Origin: an uncultured Methanosarcinales archaeon
Lineage (GTDB): Archaea; Nanobdellota; Nanobdellia; Woesearchaeales; GW2011-AR15
DNA: 64,000 nt
Assembly: GCA_964512765.1 (NCBI GenBank)
Contig: CAZEKF010000003.1
Span: 5,249 to 69,248 of the forward strand
Reading direction: 5' to 3'
The notes beneath the pieces are model-generated. The model searched no databases. It saw only the letters and a list, made by a program, of their open reading frames with translations, and was not told the origin of the DNA. The position numbers were made by a program, and so were the translations under genes. Positions 52,926 through 61,389 of the stretch are shown here, one piece after another; positions within the stretch are counted from its first letter, which is position 1; each line of letters begins with the position of its first letter.

Positions 52926-55407
52926 TTTCCTGAATCATCTCATGTGCCAGGTCATAATATGGACAAGTTTGAATCATGGATAAGTTTGTCATTGAAATAA
53001 AGCGCTCAGCTTTTTCATAATCTTGTTGGTTATACTCAAATAAAGCTAGCATCATGTACGTACATTCAACATCATCCTGGTTCAAATCTTCTCCTGGTGA
53101 TGAATCAGTAACATTTAGAAACATGTTAAACATATTTTTTGATTCGCTATATTTTGACTGGTTAAAATAAATTAAACCCAGGTGGTAATGTGCTATGTAA
53201 AACTCCGGGTCAATATTTAGTACTTCAACAAACATTTCTTCAGACGATTCATAGTCTCCTTCTTTAAAATAAATTAAACCTAGTCCTTCATACGGACACG
53301 TGTACGTGTTGTCACCTTTTTCAATTGCTTCAGAATATTTTTGTTCAGCGTATGTGTAATTACTCAAATGATAATTAAATTCTCCAATTTCAGCAATAAT
53401 GTACTGGTTATCTTTGTAAAGAGATTCTGCCTCATATAGCAGTAAAAGTGCTTGAGATGATTTGTTTTGATCAAAATAAAATCTTGCCAGTTCAAGATAT
53501 ACCATATAATCTTTATTTTCACTCTTGTACGCATTGTCAAAATAGATTTTAGCTTTTAAGAACTTTTCTTGACCAGTTAAGATTTTACCATAGCCAATGT
53601 TTGCTAAATAATTGTTTGGTTCTTTTTCCAGTACATTAATAAACAATTGTTCAGCATTTTTAAACTCATTATTATCATAATACACCCATGCTAAATCTGT
53701 AAGAACATTTAGGTTATCCGGGTCAAGTTCCTGTGCTTTAAGATACATACCTTTTGATTCTGGTAACCTGGCCAATTTATAGAATATTTTAGCAAGTGTA
53801 ACATAAGATTTTTTTAAAATATCAACATTATTACTCTCACCGCTCTCCGTGGAACTTGTCATAATTTCCACTGCTTTCAATAAAGAGTTTACTGCTTTAT
53901 CATATTCTTCTTGTTTATAATAAGCATGACCTAATCTGCTATGTATATCTCCTCTTCCGGGACTTATCAATAAAGCTTTCTCATACAATTCTATAGATTT
54001 ATCATAGTTACCTTCACTAAAATATATTAACCCGAGACCGTCATATGGGCATGTGTACGTATCGTCACCTTTTTCAATTGCTTCAAGATATTTTTCTTTT
54101 GCATAAGTATAATTTTCAAAATGTAAATTAAACTGACCTATCTCAGCTATAATATACTGATTATCTTCATACAGAGACTCTGCTTCATAAAGCATGTCAA
54201 ACGCGTCTTTAGTTTTGTTCTGGTTAAAATATAATCTTGCAAGTTCAAGATATATTAAAAAATCTTTATTATCATTATTATAAGCACGAGAAAAATATGT
54301 GTGTGCTTCTTTGATGTTACCTTCATTAACCAATATTTTACCATATCCAATGTTTGCCAAATAATTGTTCGGATCTTGGTTCAATGCTTCAATAAACAAT
54401 AATTTTGCATTTTTAAATTCATTATTATCATTATACACCCAACCAAGGTTTGCTAAAATTTCAGTGTTATTGGGATCAAGTTCAAGCGCTTTAAGATACA
54501 TATGTTTTGATTCACTGAATCTGGCTTGATTAAAATATATTTTTCCAAGCATAATATAAGTTTGTTCAAGACTTTTTTCATGTTTTTCTTTATGAATTAT
54601 TTCAGAAGTTAAAGCAAGTTCCAATGTTTTTTTTAAAGAAGAAACAGCATCATCATACTTTTCTAAATTAAAATAGATTTTTCCCAATTTATAATGAGCA
54701 TATTTTTGGTCAGGTTCTAATGATAAAGATTTTTTAAAATAATCTATTGCTTTATCATTGTTTTTTTGTTCATAATAAACAGATGCAAGCCCTGAATACG
54801 CATACACATTATTGTTTGTTATTTTGAGAGATCTTCTAAAAATAATTTCAGCATTTTCATAATCTTTTAACTCGTAATATGTCCAACCAAGTTCATTAAG
54901 AATTTCCTGATTGTTTGATTCAATTTCTACAGCTTTTGTAAAAATATTTTTAGCTTCATGATATTTGTCAAGTCTAAAAAGAGTAATTCCATAGTCCATG
55001 TACACCCATGCATTGTTAGGGTCTAGTTCAAAAGCTTTCTGAAAATATTTTTCTGCTTCAGTAGTGTCATTATCTAAAAGAGAAAGTTTTGCCAAGCCTA
55101 AATAACCTAAAGAATCGTTATTGTTAAGTTCCAAAGATTGAATAAACATTTTTTTTGATTCATTAAATTTATTGATTTCAAAATACGCCATTCCAAGTTC
55201 TGAATAAACCTTACTATTATTTTGGTTGATTTCAAGTTCTTTTTTGTAAAGTTCAATTGCTGTATGGATATTACCTTTGTTAAATTCTGTTAAACCCTGT
55301 CTAAAATAGCTCTTATCTGTTTTTTGATAGATTATAACCAATAAAGAACCAAATAGTACTAAACAAAGTAAAATTAACACTCTTTTCTGATAAATACTTT
55401 TTCTCAT
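52918..55407 (-). CDS. membrane-anchored giant TPR protein, CPY-GLG family, with an internal tandem duplication
   Basis: 829 aa with an N-terminal TM helix. Motifs DTYTCPYDGLGLIYF (res ~449) and NTYTCPYEGLGLIYF (res ~700), plus a degenerate QTCPYYDL near the C-terminus. Confidence 0.85.
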   Translation of the reverse strand: MRKSIYQKRVLILLCLVLFGSLLVIIYQKTDKSYFRQGLTEFNKGNIHTAIELYKKELEINQNNSKVYSELGMAYFEINKFNESKKMFIQSLELNNNDSLGYLGLAKLSLLDNDTTEAEKYFQKAFELDPNNAWVYMDYGITLFRLDKYHEAKNIFTKAVEIESNNQEILNELGWTYYELKDYENAEIIFRRSLKITNNNVYAYSGLASVYYEQKNNDKAIDYFKKSLSLEPDQKYAHYKLGKIYFNLEKYDDAVSSLKKTLELALTSEIIHKEKHEKSLEQTYIMLGKIYFNQARFSESKHMYLKALELDPNNTEILANLGWVYNDNNEFKNAKLLFIEALNQDPNNYLANIGYGKILVNEGNIKEAHTYFSRAYNNDNKDFLIYLELARLYFNQNKTKDAFDMLYEAESLYEDNQYIIAEIGQFNLHFENYTYAKEKYLEAIEKGDDTYTCPYDGLGLIYFSEGNYDKSIELYEKALLISPGRGDIHSRLGHAYYKQEEYDKAVNSLLKAVEIMTSSTESGESNNVDILKKSYVTLAKIFYKLARLPESKGMYLKAQELDPDNLNVLTDLAWVYYDNNEFKNAEQLFINVLEKEPNNYLANIGYGKILTGQEKFLKAKIYFDNAYKSENKDYMVYLELARFYFDQNKSSQALLLLYEAESLYKDNQYIIAEIGEFNYHLSNYTYAEQKYSEAIEKGDNTYTCPYEGLGLIYFKEGDYESSEEMFVEVLNIDPEFYIAHYHLGLIYFNQSKYSESKNMFNMFLNVTDSSPGEDLNQDDVECTYMMLALFEYNQQDYEKAERFISMTNLSMIQTCPYYDLAHEMIQEIG
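52993..54702 (-). repeat. intragenic tandem repeat: 753-nt (251-aa) unit, about 2.3 copies
   Basis: Residues ~236-486 align with ~487-737 at a constant 251-aa offset. For example, ATTTTACCATAGCCAATGTTTGCTAAATAATTGTTTGG at 53582 matches a near-identical string at 54335. A partial third unit follows. Confidence 0.8.
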
Positions 55408-56192
55408 GTTTGCTCAGTTTGATTTAATAAATTTAATGCTTCATTATTATAAGGATCATATCTTAACCATAACCCAAGTATTTTGTTTGCTTCATCATAA
55501 TTTTGTTCAGACATGTGAATATCATACAACAGTTTATATTTTTCATTAATAATTCCAGGTCTAAAATTTATTGAACTATTCAAATAGTACTTTGATTTTT
55601 CAAAATTGTTTTGCTTATAATAAACCATCCCCAGTCCTTCATACGGGCACGCAAACGTTTCACCTTCTTCTGCACCAGATTCAACTAATCTTAATGATTC
55701 GTTAAGATATTTTTCAGAATTTTCATAATCTCCAGTAAAATAATATACAAATCCAAGGTAATTATAAGCATATGGATCATCTGGATTATCTTTAATTATT
55801 TCTTTGAAAACAGAGATAGCTTCTGCATAGTTTTTTTTATGCATGAATAGTTTCCCGAAATCTACTCTTGTCCTTGTTTTATTAGGTTCCAAGCTATGTG
55901 CTTTAGCTAATGCTTTTTCTGCCATTTCTGGCATATTTTTTCTTAGAAATATGTCAAACAATAAATTGTAAGAGTCTGTATGTTCAGGATTTATTTCTAA
56001 TGCTTTCAATACATAAAACTCTGATTCGCTAACATTGTTAGAATCATATTGTTGCTGCGCATGAAGATATAATGATGTTACGTTCATCAATTCGTTGTCA
56101 GATTTTGATACATTCACTAAAACACCAATAAAAAGTAATAAAAAGACAAAACAAAAGCATACAACTAATATTTTTCTTACACTTTCCCCCAT
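55404..56192 (-). CDS. membrane-anchored TPR protein, CPY-GLG family
   Basis: TM helix ILVVCFCFVFLLLFIGVLV. The C-terminal module is ETFACPYEGLGMVYYKQNNFEKSKYYL. 4-nt overlap with the next TPR gene. Confidence 0.85.
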   Translation of the reverse strand: MGESVRKILVVCFCFVFLLLFIGVLVNVSKSDNELMNVTSLYLHAQQQYDSNNVSESEFYVLKALEINPEHTDSYNLLFDIFLRKNMPEMAEKALAKAHSLEPNKTRTRVDFGKLFMHKKNYAEAISVFKEIIKDNPDDPYAYNYLGFVYYFTGDYENSEKYLNESLRLVESGAEEGETFACPYEGLGMVYYKQNNFEKSKYYLNSSINFRPGIINEKYKLLYDIHMSEQNYDEANKILGLWLRYDPYNNEALNLLNQTEQT

Positions 56193-56239
56193 GTCTACAA
56201 TAAAATGATGTATATATTTAAGAATATTTATTTATGGAA

Positions 56240-56803
56240 TCACGCAATTGGACAGAGAGTTTGTTTCACAATTGACTCATAACGTTCTAAATCAACATCC
56301 AATGGTAAAAATAGTTCAATAAAATACAATCCATCATTCTCACAATATTGGAACTGTAATATGCTATTATACTTAATTAAGTCCTGTGAGCATGCTCCGT
56401 AGGTTAACCTGTCAGTTGCTTGTATTATATAATAACTATGTGGCGTGTTTTTAATCTCAATTGGTGTAAACTCGCTGCTGCATTCCACTTTATTAGATAA
56501 CAGGCCAGGGTAAGGCGAGTGAACTTCTCTATACAATGAAAAAATAAAAAACATTTTCTCAGAAATATACTCGTCAACTTTATCTTGTTGAACATTGTCA
56601 AATTTTTTAACCTTAAGAACCATGTTATTATGAGTTCCTTTATATGTGACAGAGTTATAATCGTCAGATACCTCAACTAAATCAAAATTATTAAAAAAAT
56701 CGTTTGAAGTTCTTAAATAAGTTTTATCACTCGGTGTGCAACTCATTAAAAAAAGTATGACTGTAATCATAACAACAAAATAATTTTTCATATCTTCAAA
56801 CAA
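56240..56803 (-). CDS. putative lipoprotein or secreted protein of unknown function
   Basis: Signal-like N-terminus ending in the lipobox-like LFLMSC. Four further Cys residues. Confidence 0.4.
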   Translation of the reverse strand: MFEDMKNYFVVMITVILFLMSCTPSDKTYLRTSNDFFNNFDLVEVSDDYNSVTYKGTHNNMVLKVKKFDNVQQDKVDEYISEKMFFIFSLYREVHSPYPGLLSNKVECSSEFTPIEIKNTPHSYYIIQATDRLTYGACSQDLIKYNSILQFQYCENDGLYFIELFLPLDVDLERYESIVKQTLCPIA

Positions 56804-56814
56804 TATTAAATACC

Positions 56815-57612
56815 TTAAATTGTTTTCGTATAGTCTTTAATAGATACAAACTTTTGTTTCTTAAGCAATTTTTCAAAACTATTTTTAATATTAACTGAAT
56901 AAAACAGCCATTTAGGATTTTTTATTAAATATTTTAAACTAAGAAAGTATGATTTTGACCTATAAATTTGCCACGGGTGAACAAACAAAAGATTGTATTT
57001 TCTTTTATTCATGAGAAAACCTGTGTTAAACTTTGCAAAATAACCTGAACCGTACGGAAAACCTTGTAACAAAAGGTTAAGGTTAAGGTTTCTTGGTATT
57101 TTTTTAGGATTTATTTTGTAAAACGGAAATAATGAAACAGGAATTTCATCAATACCACATAAAAAATTAGTTATTGGTTTAACATAATAAATTGAAGAAT
57201 CATATTCAAGCCCTGTTTGTTTCAACACACTAAACATTTTTTTGTTAATTATCATGAACGGTGCCCTGAATCCTTTTGGTTTGTATTTGTTAAGGAATTT
57301 TTTTGAATATTGAATTTCTTTTTTCAAATCTTTTGTATTATTCAATATTTTATGTGTATTCGTGTGGTAAGCTATTTCATGGCCTTGTTTTTTTATTTTA
57401 TCAATTAATTCAGGGTACCAATCATATATTTCTGACACAATGAAAAACGTTGCTTTATTCTTGCTCTTTTCCAACATTTCAAGTATTATTTCTGTTCCTT
57501 TTACAATGTCTCTGTTGTCAATAGTTTTACGATCTTCAGAACTCAAGTTAGGATCAAGATCAGGGTTTGCGTGTACCCATGATTCCAAGTCAATCGTAAG
57601 AATGTTTACCAT
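56815..57612 (-). CDS. polysaccharide deacetylase (CE4)-like protein
   Basis: N-terminal LTIDLESW and GHEIAYHTNTH motifs, typical of CE4/DUF3473-type deacetylases. Confidence 0.7.
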   Translation of the reverse strand: MVNILTIDLESWVHANPDLDPNLSSEDRKTIDNRDIVKGTEIILEMLEKSKNKATFFIVSEIYDWYPELIDKIKKQGHEIAYHTNTHKILNNTKDLKKEIQYSKKFLNKYKPKGFRAPFMIINKKMFSVLKQTGLEYDSSIYYVKPITNFLCGIDEIPVSLFPFYKINPKKIPRNLNLNLLLQGFPYGSGYFAKFNTGFLMNKRKYNLLFVHPWQIYRSKSYFLSLKYLIKNPKWLFYSVNIKNSFEKLLKKQKFVSIKDYTKTI

Positions 57613-58280
57613 TTTCTAACATATTTCATTTTTAATAATTTAATAAGTAATAACAATGGGTCTATTAGTTTAAACTTAGTACCTTTATTTGTTTTTAGTT
57701 TGACAGGAACTGATGTAATTTTGCACTTTTTTCTCCTAGCTTTTATCAACAGTTCAACATCAAACAACCATCTACTATGGATTAGATCTTTGAACAACAA
57801 GTCCGCAACTTTTTTATTATATCCTTTTAATCCTGAGAAACAATCATTTATGTTTAGGTTAAACAGCATATTAACAATTGTGTTAAATGATTTACCTAAC
57901 ATAAGTCTAAAATTTAATTTCCTTTTATTACTATATTTATTTCCAATTACAATATCATAATTGTTTAGTTTATCCTGGATTTTCAAAATATCAGTTAAAT
58001 AAAAAGAATCATCTGCGTCAATCCAAATTATATTTTTTCCATTAGCTTTTGAAACTGCTTTTTTAACTGCATAACCTTTACCTTTATTTTCTTTGTAAGA
58101 AATTAATTTAATGTTTTTATTAACATATTTTTTGACAATAGTTTCTGTGTTGTCAGTTGAACCGTCATTAACCAGTATTACTTCAAGATCATGTTTTTTT
58201 GAAAATTTTGATAATAATCCAAGAAATGACAAAACTCTTTTTTCTTCGTTATACATAGGAACTATTAAAGTGGTTTTCAT
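57606..58280 (-). CDS. GT2 glycosyltransferase, polyprenyl-phosphate sugar synthase-like
   Basis: Motifs TLIVPMYNEE, ILVNDGSTDNT and WIDADDS. Confidence 0.8.
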   Translation of the reverse strand: MKTTLIVPMYNEEKRVLSFLGLLSKFSKKHDLEVILVNDGSTDNTETIVKKYVNKNIKLISYKENKGKGYAVKKAVSKANGKNIIWIDADDSFYLTDILKIQDKLNNYDIVIGNKYSNKRKLNFRLMLGKSFNTIVNMLFNLNINDCFSGLKGYNKKVADLLFKDLIHSRWLFDVELLIKARRKKCKITSVPVKLKTNKGTKFKLIDPLLLLIKLLKMKYVRKW

Positions 58281-59983
58281 TTCAGTGTAACATAATAATT
58301 TCCAATAAACAAGTGTTGATTACGTGTTTTTAGCTGTGTTATAACAGCATCCTCAGGTGTGTTAACAATTGGACTTCCATGGATGTTAAAGCTTGTATTT
58401 AATACAATACCGTGACCGGTTTCTTTTTTTACTTTTTTTAGCACAGACTCATACTTTGGATTTTCTTTACCTAATATTTGTGGCCTAATAGATTTGTCAA
58501 CATTCATAACAGATCTTGCGTTCTTAACAGAATTTGGTTTCAACATGTAACCCATTGTCATATATTTGTCATAATAAACTTTATTTTCATTAATGAATTT
58601 TGATGCATCTTTTTCTAAAATAGAAGGGCAAAAAGGTTGGTACCATGACCTTTTCTTAATCTGTAAATTTAACTCATTTTTAACTTCAAGATTTGAAGCA
58701 GATGTTAATACACTTCTATTGCCTAACGCTCTTGGACCAAATTCCATCCTACCTTGGTGCCAGAACACAATTTCATTATTAGTAATAAGTTCACCTGCGT
58801 GATTAGAAACATCTTTTTCTAGCTTATAATTAAGCTTATTTTTGTATTTCTCAAGTGTTTCAAGTATTTCATTGTCACTGTATTCTGGTCCGAGATAAAC
58901 ATTTTCCATTCTGTACGGTTTTGTTCCGTATAGTTTATTAGAAACTAACAAAGCAGCACCTGCTGATAACCCTGTATCACCCATTGCAGGAAACACGTAA
59001 CATTTGTTTACGTTTTCAAGCTGTCTAATTTTCATGTTCATTTTAATGTTTGAAGCAATGCCACCTGCTAGTACAACATCTGGAATACCTGTTCTTTCTA
59101 TAGAGTTTTTAACAAATTTTGTAGTGAAATACTCTAATGCAGTTTGTGCCATGTGCGCAAAGTTTTCTGGCTTGTTCTTCCACAACAAATTCTTTAGAAA
59201 ATAATATCTTTTGTACAAAGGATAGTTTGACTTAATCCTTGTACCTCTAACAGAAAACAGTTTCAGCATTGGATTCTTACTCTTTTCATTACTGTAAGCA
59301 TAATCTGACAATGCCATTACTTTACCTTCATCTTCAAGAATTCGCATGCCCATTATTGATGTAACTTCTTGAAAAAATAATCCTAACGAATCTTGTGTTG
59401 TGTTTTTTGAAATTGTTTTGATTGAATTATTGTCACAAACACTAACTGTTGACGAATATCCGTCTCCCAGTGCGTCCATTGTTACAGAAGTTGCTCTTTT
59501 TAATCCTGAAGTATAATACGCAGACGCTGCGTGTGCTTTATGATGATCAACTAAATGCAACCTTGTCTTGTTCATGTCAAAACCAAGTTTAGAAAGGTAT
59601 TTAGTCAGAGCATATCTTGAAAATTTCCTAAAAATAGAATTAGACTTTAGTTTTCCTGTCTGGTTCAATATTTGTAAATCAATGTCCCAAGTAATAGGTT
59701 TATCTACAAGATGTCTTCTTCGTTTGTACCAAAAATCGTTTTTTAACCATGACACTCCTCTTGTTAATGTAGCTGCCCAGTCTGACGTTGAGAATGCAAT
59801 GTCTTTGATATCTTTTGGGTTTAAATTATTAGATGAAAGACAATACTTAATTGAATTGTACGGAAACAAAATTTCAAGCTTTCGTCTTGTGAACCTTTCT
59901 TCACTAACAGCTGATTTTATCTTGCCATTTTCAATTAAACAAGCGCTTGAATTATGCCCGTCCCATATGCCTAGAACCTTCAT
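58277..59983 (-). CDS. carbamoyltransferase (NodU/CmcH family)
   Basis: Motifs KVLGIWDGHNSSACLIENGKIKSAVSEERFTRRK, VDHHKAHAASAYY and NTSFNIHGSPIV. 568 aa. Confidence 0.85.
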   Translation of the reverse strand: MKVLGIWDGHNSSACLIENGKIKSAVSEERFTRRKLEILFPYNSIKYCLSSNNLNPKDIKDIAFSTSDWAATLTRGVSWLKNDFWYKRRRHLVDKPITWDIDLQILNQTGKLKSNSIFRKFSRYALTKYLSKLGFDMNKTRLHLVDHHKAHAASAYYTSGLKRATSVTMDALGDGYSSTVSVCDNNSIKTISKNTTQDSLGLFFQEVTSIMGMRILEDEGKVMALSDYAYSNEKSKNPMLKLFSVRGTRIKSNYPLYKRYYFLKNLLWKNKPENFAHMAQTALEYFTTKFVKNSIERTGIPDVVLAGGIASNIKMNMKIRQLENVNKCYVFPAMGDTGLSAGAALLVSNKLYGTKPYRMENVYLGPEYSDNEILETLEKYKNKLNYKLEKDVSNHAGELITNNEIVFWHQGRMEFGPRALGNRSVLTSASNLEVKNELNLQIKKRSWYQPFCPSILEKDASKFINENKVYYDKYMTMGYMLKPNSVKNARSVMNVDKSIRPQILGKENPKYESVLKKVKKETGHGIVLNTSFNIHGSPIVNTPEDAVITQLKTRNQHLFIGNYYVTLK

Positions 59984-60049
59984 TTTTAATTTTTTGTAAA
60001 TAAAAACCTCAATAAAACCCCTTAAAAAAGAATAAAAATAAACCTTTTA

Positions 60050-60856
60050 TTAAACTTTGTGCAAAGATTCCTGCATCCGTATAAGCTGGTCATTGTTCGG
60101 TTCAATATTTAAACCTTTTATTATTATTTTTTCTGCATCCTCTGTCCTGTTCTGACTAATGTATATCTCCACAAGTTGAATATATTGCAGAATTCCTCCG
60201 TAAGGTTGAATACTTAAAGATTCTTCCAAATATGTTTGAGATTCGTTGAATTTACCTAATTCATAATATACCATGCCTAATCCTTTGTATGGACACTCAT
60301 AATGTTCATAGTTATATCCTATTGCTAATTCTTCTGACTTTTCAAAATATTCTTTAGCCCTACTATAGTTCTTTAAATCATAATACATTTGACCTAGCAA
60401 CCAGTATGTTTCTGATTTGTCTGGAAAAGTTTTATTTAACTCATCCAAAATATCAATCATTTTTTCATGTTCCTGCAAAATTTGGTATACATGAGCAAGT
60501 TCAAAATTTGGTTCAAAGTTTGATGAATTATAAGCTATCAACAAAGTTTCAGCTTTACTGTAAGATTTCTCATCAATGAATATTTTTGATTTTAATACAA
60601 TTAAATCTTCATTATTTGGTTCTGTTTTTAACAAAGTGTTGACTATAGTAAGAGCGTCTTCGTATTTTCCAGATTCAAATTTATTAGTAGCAACAAGTTT
60701 TAAAGAAGAAAATGAAGAAATGTCTATAATTTTTTCAGGTTTATTATCATTTAATTTGAACATGTCACGGTTAAATAATTGGAAAACGAAAAATAGTGTA
60801 ATAATAAAAATGAACAAAACAAACATTGTTTTTTTAGATGTGGTTTCTTGTTCCAT
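60050..60856 (-). CDS. membrane-anchored TPR protein, CPY-GLG family
   Basis: TM helix MFVLFIFIITLFFVF. The C-terminal module is HYECPYKGLGMVYYELGKFNESQTYL. Confidence 0.85.
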   Translation of the reverse strand: MEQETTSKKTMFVLFIFIITLFFVFQLFNRDMFKLNDNKPEKIIDISSFSSLKLVATNKFESGKYEDALTIVNTLLKTEPNNEDLIVLKSKIFIDEKSYSKAETLLIAYNSSNFEPNFELAHVYQILQEHEKMIDILDELNKTFPDKSETYWLLGQMYYDLKNYSRAKEYFEKSEELAIGYNYEHYECPYKGLGMVYYELGKFNESQTYLEESLSIQPYGGILQYIQLVEIYISQNRTEDAEKIIIKGLNIEPNNDQLIRMQESLHKV

Positions 60857-61221
60857 AATGTATTATCACGGTCTTTTGCAGAGAAATATCATTTTTTCTC
60901 ATTAACTTTATCAACTAATTTATCCATTAATCTAAGAAATTCTTTCTTAGTTTTTCTTACTTCATACACTGCTAGTAAAATAGCAAGCGCTATCGGTACT
61001 TGTGTTAAGATAATAGATGTTGTTGTACTTATTTGCATTTTTCCACCTTTTTCCTGATTTTAATAAAAATCTTTTTAATAGAGATAATTTCATACAGTAA
61101 CCATACACATACCAATAAATAAGGAAAATGTGTGTAGATTAAAGCTTGAGCAGTGTTCAAATTATCACCCCAGTAACATGTTCAAATAGAGAATAATTTA
61201 TTAAGTTTTCTGAATGAAGTT

Positions 61222-61389
61222 CTAGAACAACACATAAACAAAAGGTGACACTGCACTACTTTGGCCAAAAATTATCAAAACTCCAACTAAAAGTAGCATT
61301 ATGATTATAGGTGTTAACCACCATACTTTCCTGACTTTAAGAAAGTCCCATATTTCTATTAAAATTGGTTTGTTTGATTTCATTTTCAT
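61222..61389 (-). CDS. small (55 aa) single-TM protein, DUF5989-like carbamoyltransferase companion; absent from the ORF track
   Basis: Hand translation: MKMKSNKPILIEIWDFLKVRKVWWLTPIIIMLLLVGVLIIFGQSSAVSPFVYVLF, then TAG. The start abuts the carbamoyltransferase stop. The W-F-L-K-x-R-K-x-WWL...PF-x-Y-x-LF pattern matches my recollection of DUF5989 proteins. Confidence 0.6.
   Translation of the reverse strand: MKMKSNKPILIEIWDFLKVRKVWWLTPIIIMLLLVGVLIIFGQSSAVSPFVYVLF

Noticed and set aside
60890-61039. TM-helix-like reading frame (..ILTQVPIALAILLAVYEVRKTKKEFLRLMDKLVDKVNEKK) on the minus strand in the 365-nt gap between the TPR gene and the DUF5989-like ORF, with an AGGTGG upstream.
   Set aside because: The ATG at 61039 is in a different frame and terminates after 25 codons. 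The TM-like frame has a TAA immediately upstream and no start codon before the helix. It may be a decayed small gene or a 1-nt sequencing error, and is not supportable as a CDS.
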